Below, piece after piece: positions 18,334 through 20,000 of a stretch of 20,000 nucleotides of DNA. The stretch's first letter is position 1, and every line of letters starts with the position of its first letter. Made by a program: the position numbers and the translations under genes. The DNA is from Myxococcota bacterium. GTDB taxonomy: Bacteria; Myxococcota_C; UBA6777. Below the pieces are notes generated by a model. It ran no database searches, was not told the origin of the DNA, and worked only from the letters and a program-made list of their open reading frames with translations. The stretch spans positions 50,920-70,919 of the forward strand of contig JAKLKB010000015.1 in assembly GCA_023150835.1 (NCBI GenBank), written 5' to 3'.

Positions 18334-18477
18334 CGGTGGTTTTTGTGGGGCGTTGCCCCACACCCCACAAGGGAGCGCGGCTCCCTTGACCCCGACTTGA
18401 CGGGGAGAGCACAGGTTTTTCAAACCAACGACAGCGTCGCTTGAAGTGCCGCGAACACGTCTTTTTTGTCAACACCG
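18334..18477 (+). repeat. Dispersed multi-hairpin non-coding repeat, copy 2
   Basis: Core 18344-18461. Hairpins TGTGGGGC-GTT-GCCCCACA, AAGGGAGC-GCG-GCTCCCTT and CCCCG-ACTTGA-CGGGG. Conserved GTTTTTCAAAC and CGAACACG. Flanked by CGGTG/CACCG. Confidence 0.85.
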
Positions 18478-18595
18478 TGGCGCGTTGGCTCTCGTTAAAA
18501 ACACCGCTGCATCGGCTTTTTTTGGGAGCATCCGATGCCGTGATGGATGGCATTCGCCGCGTTTTCGTTACGAGGCTTGTGGTGTGCCTTGCCTT

Positions 18596-18679
18596 CGGGA
18601 TTTAGCTGGGTTAGCTAGATCGTACCAAGTCAAACAAGTGCTCGCTGCGCTTCACAAATTGGATGAAATGAGTGAGTGA
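18596..18679 (+). pseudogene. hicA: 3' remnant of a HicA-like toxin gene
   Basis: GLARSYQVKQVLAALHKL resembles the C-terminal helix of HicA-type toxins (G.AK.YQVKQVL.AI..L). Its stop lies 1 nt before the hicB ATG. No recognisable GSH active-site motif upstream. Confidence 0.55.
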
Positions 18680-18680
18680 G

Positions 18681-18893
18681 ATGGAACGACATCAACTTTA
18701 TTGGTATATCGTGGAATGGGAAGAAGAGGATCAAGTGTTTGTGGCGCGTGTCGCCGAATTTCCTTCGCTGAGCGCACACGGAAACACACAAGAACAAGCG
18801 ATGGCCGAGTTGCAAGGTGTGGTTGCGTTTGTGTTGGAGGATCTAGAAGAGCTGCGCAGTCGGCTAAAAAACCCGTGTTCGCGTCATGCCTAG
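18681..18893 (+). CDS. hicB: HicB-family antitoxin N-terminal domain, probably C-terminally truncated by repeat copy 3
   Basis: YIVEWEEEDQVFVARVAEFPSLSAHGNTQEQAMAEL is a typical HicB N-terminal domain. After EDLEE the frame runs into the repeat (LRSRLKNPCSRHA*), with no GEPIPEP linker or RHH domain. Confidence 0.8.
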   Translation: MERHQLYWYIVEWEEEDQVFVARVAEFPSLSAHGNTQEQAMAELQGVVAFVLEDLEELRSRLKNPCSRHA

Positions 18894-19008
18894 CGGAGCC
18901 GCTGTTTGTTTGAAAAACATCTGTTTGTTCCGCCGATACGGGGTCAAGGGAGCCGTGCTCCCTTGTGGGGCGTGGGGTGAAACCCCACATCGCGAACCCA
19001 ACCGCGCA
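18853..19008 (-). repeat. Dispersed multi-hairpin non-coding repeat, copy 3 (inverted)
   Basis: The reverse complement of 18872-18989 matches the copy 1 core at 98/118 positions (hand count, no gaps). An 11-bp closing stem TGCGCGGTTGG/CCGACTGCGCA forms on the minus strand. Confidence 0.85.
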
Positions 19009-19046
19009 AGCCAAGCCAGAGAACGAACAGAAGAAAGGTGTAAGGG

Positions 19047-19814
19047 ATGTCGGAGTGGCTTCGTGTGAGTCTCGTGATCGCGTTGTTTGTTTGCTACACG
19101 GTGTTGCGGGTTCATGCGCGACGGAAACAACGGAGATATCCATCGCCCCCCTTGCCCGAACAGTCGCCGAAGATATCGCTTTCCCCACAAGCACCTCGCC
19201 AATCTCCACAACTCAACCGCCCAAGCGAAGGTTTCTTGGGACGCCTCGGGCGTCGGTTGTTGGTGGGCGTGTTTTTTGTGGGGACGCTGTTGTACGTAGT
19301 GGTGCTTCCGTCGACCAAGATGTCCTATGATTGGGCGCGTCAGACGTATCTTTTCACACAGCTGGATATCGCGCAGTGGTGGGGTTGGTTGGGCCTTGTG
19401 CTGGCGCTCGGTGGATTGGGCTTGTTGGCGTGGTCGCACCATGCGCTGGCTCAATTTTGGAGTCCAGAGATCCAAGTGCGTGACGATCATCGGCTCATTC
19501 AACACGGCCCCTACCAACGCATCCGACACCCGATGTACACTAGCCTATTTTGCTTTTTTGCGGGAGTTTCGCTGATCTCGGCAAGCTTGTTATTGGCGGT
19601 GCCTGCGGCCTTGGTCTCGCTGTATTTGGTGAACCGCACACGCGCCGAAGAACGGTTGTTAACGATCCATCTTGGCCTGCCTTACCGCGAATATGCCCAA
19701 GTGACGGGGCGATTCTTCCCAACGCTTCGGCGAAAAAAAACAGCCCACCGCCCCCGAACAACCGCCCAAACCACAGATCGCCCGTCCGATTTCGATCCTC
19801 CCTCACAGCCTTAG
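19047..19814 (+). CDS. Isoprenylcysteine carboxyl methyltransferase (ICMT/Ste14/PEMT) family membrane protein
   Basis: Multiple TMs. HRLIQHGPYQRIRHPMYTS (RHPxY motif), EERLL, YREYAQVTGRFFP. AGAAAGG upstream. Confidence 0.9.
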   Translation: MSEWLRVSLVIALFVCYTVLRVHARRKQRRYPSPPLPEQSPKISLSPQAPRQSPQLNRPSEGFLGRLGRRLLVGVFFVGTLLYVVVLPSTKMSYDWARQTYLFTQLDIAQWWGWLGLVLALGGLGLLAWSHHALAQFWSPEIQVRDDHRLIQHGPYQRIRHPMYTSLFCFFAGVSLISASLLLAVPAALVSLYLVNRTRAEERLLTIHLGLPYREYAQVTGRFFPTLRRKKTAHRPRTTAQTTDRPSDFDPPSQP

Positions 19815-19894
19815 CCGCGACATCATCGGACTCACGCTGTTGGGCAGAAGAGGTGGGGTGCCACCCCATACGCGCCTTGTGAAGCGGAGGAAAG

Positions 19895-19932
19895 CCCCCC
19901 ACCCCGCCCTCCCCCGTGAACAGGGGAGGGAG
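19895..19932. repeat. REP-like GC-rich palindrome
   Basis: CCCCCACCCCG followed by CCCTCCCC-CGTGAACA-GGGGAGGG (8-bp perfect stem, 19907-19930) downstream of the ICMT gene. Confidence 0.55.
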
Positions 19933-20000
19933 CGAAAGTCGGAAGCCTCGGGGATTTTGTTTTTTCATGACGCACGCTGTATGCACGAAATGCAGACGCT

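Noticed and set aside
18280-18423. N-terminal extension of MoaD-MoaE, or a peptide encoded by the dispersed repeat
   Set aside because: The extension merely reads through repeat copy 2. The equivalent frame has a stop in copy 1, and the opposite-strand frame open in copies 1 and 3 has a stop in copy 2, so the element is not a conserved coding unit.
18446-18679. Intact 77-aa HicA toxin
   Set aside because: The ORF starts inside repeat copy 2, only the last ~25 aa resemble HicA, and the catalytic GSH motif is absent; treated as a remnant.
19540-19986. Minus-strand 148-aa ORF at the right edge
   Set aside because: Overlaps the ICMT gene antisense and reads through palindromic repeats; no protein-like features.

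Overview
GC-rich bacterial chromosomal window of mostly housekeeping and signalling genes; the gene set suggests a Myxococcota/deltaproteobacterium-like organism (inference only). Minus strand: a MoxR ATPase - DUF58 - transglutaminase operon, a REC-GAF-HD-GYP phosphodiesterase, and prfA-prmC. Plus strand: a POT peptide transporter behind a near-consensus sigma70 promoter, then a Ski2-like DExH helicase. Minus strand again: a MoaD-MoaE fusion, type III pantothenate kinase (coaX) and an orphan with two IF2-C-terminal-like beta-barrels. Plus strand at the right end: a decayed hicAB toxin-antitoxin locus and an ICMT-family methyltransferase. The most unusual signal is a dispersed, multi-hairpin non-coding element with a gap-free 118-nt core in three copies (7942-8059 +, 18344-18461 +, 18872-18989 -). 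It shows a compensatory base-pair change, copy-specific closing stems and the same orientation relative to the adjacent gene start. Two copies form an inverted pair around the truncated hicAB fragment. Three unrelated in-frame tandem-repeat expansions (36, 48 and 33 bp units) sit in linkers of PrmC, the helicase and the orphan protein.
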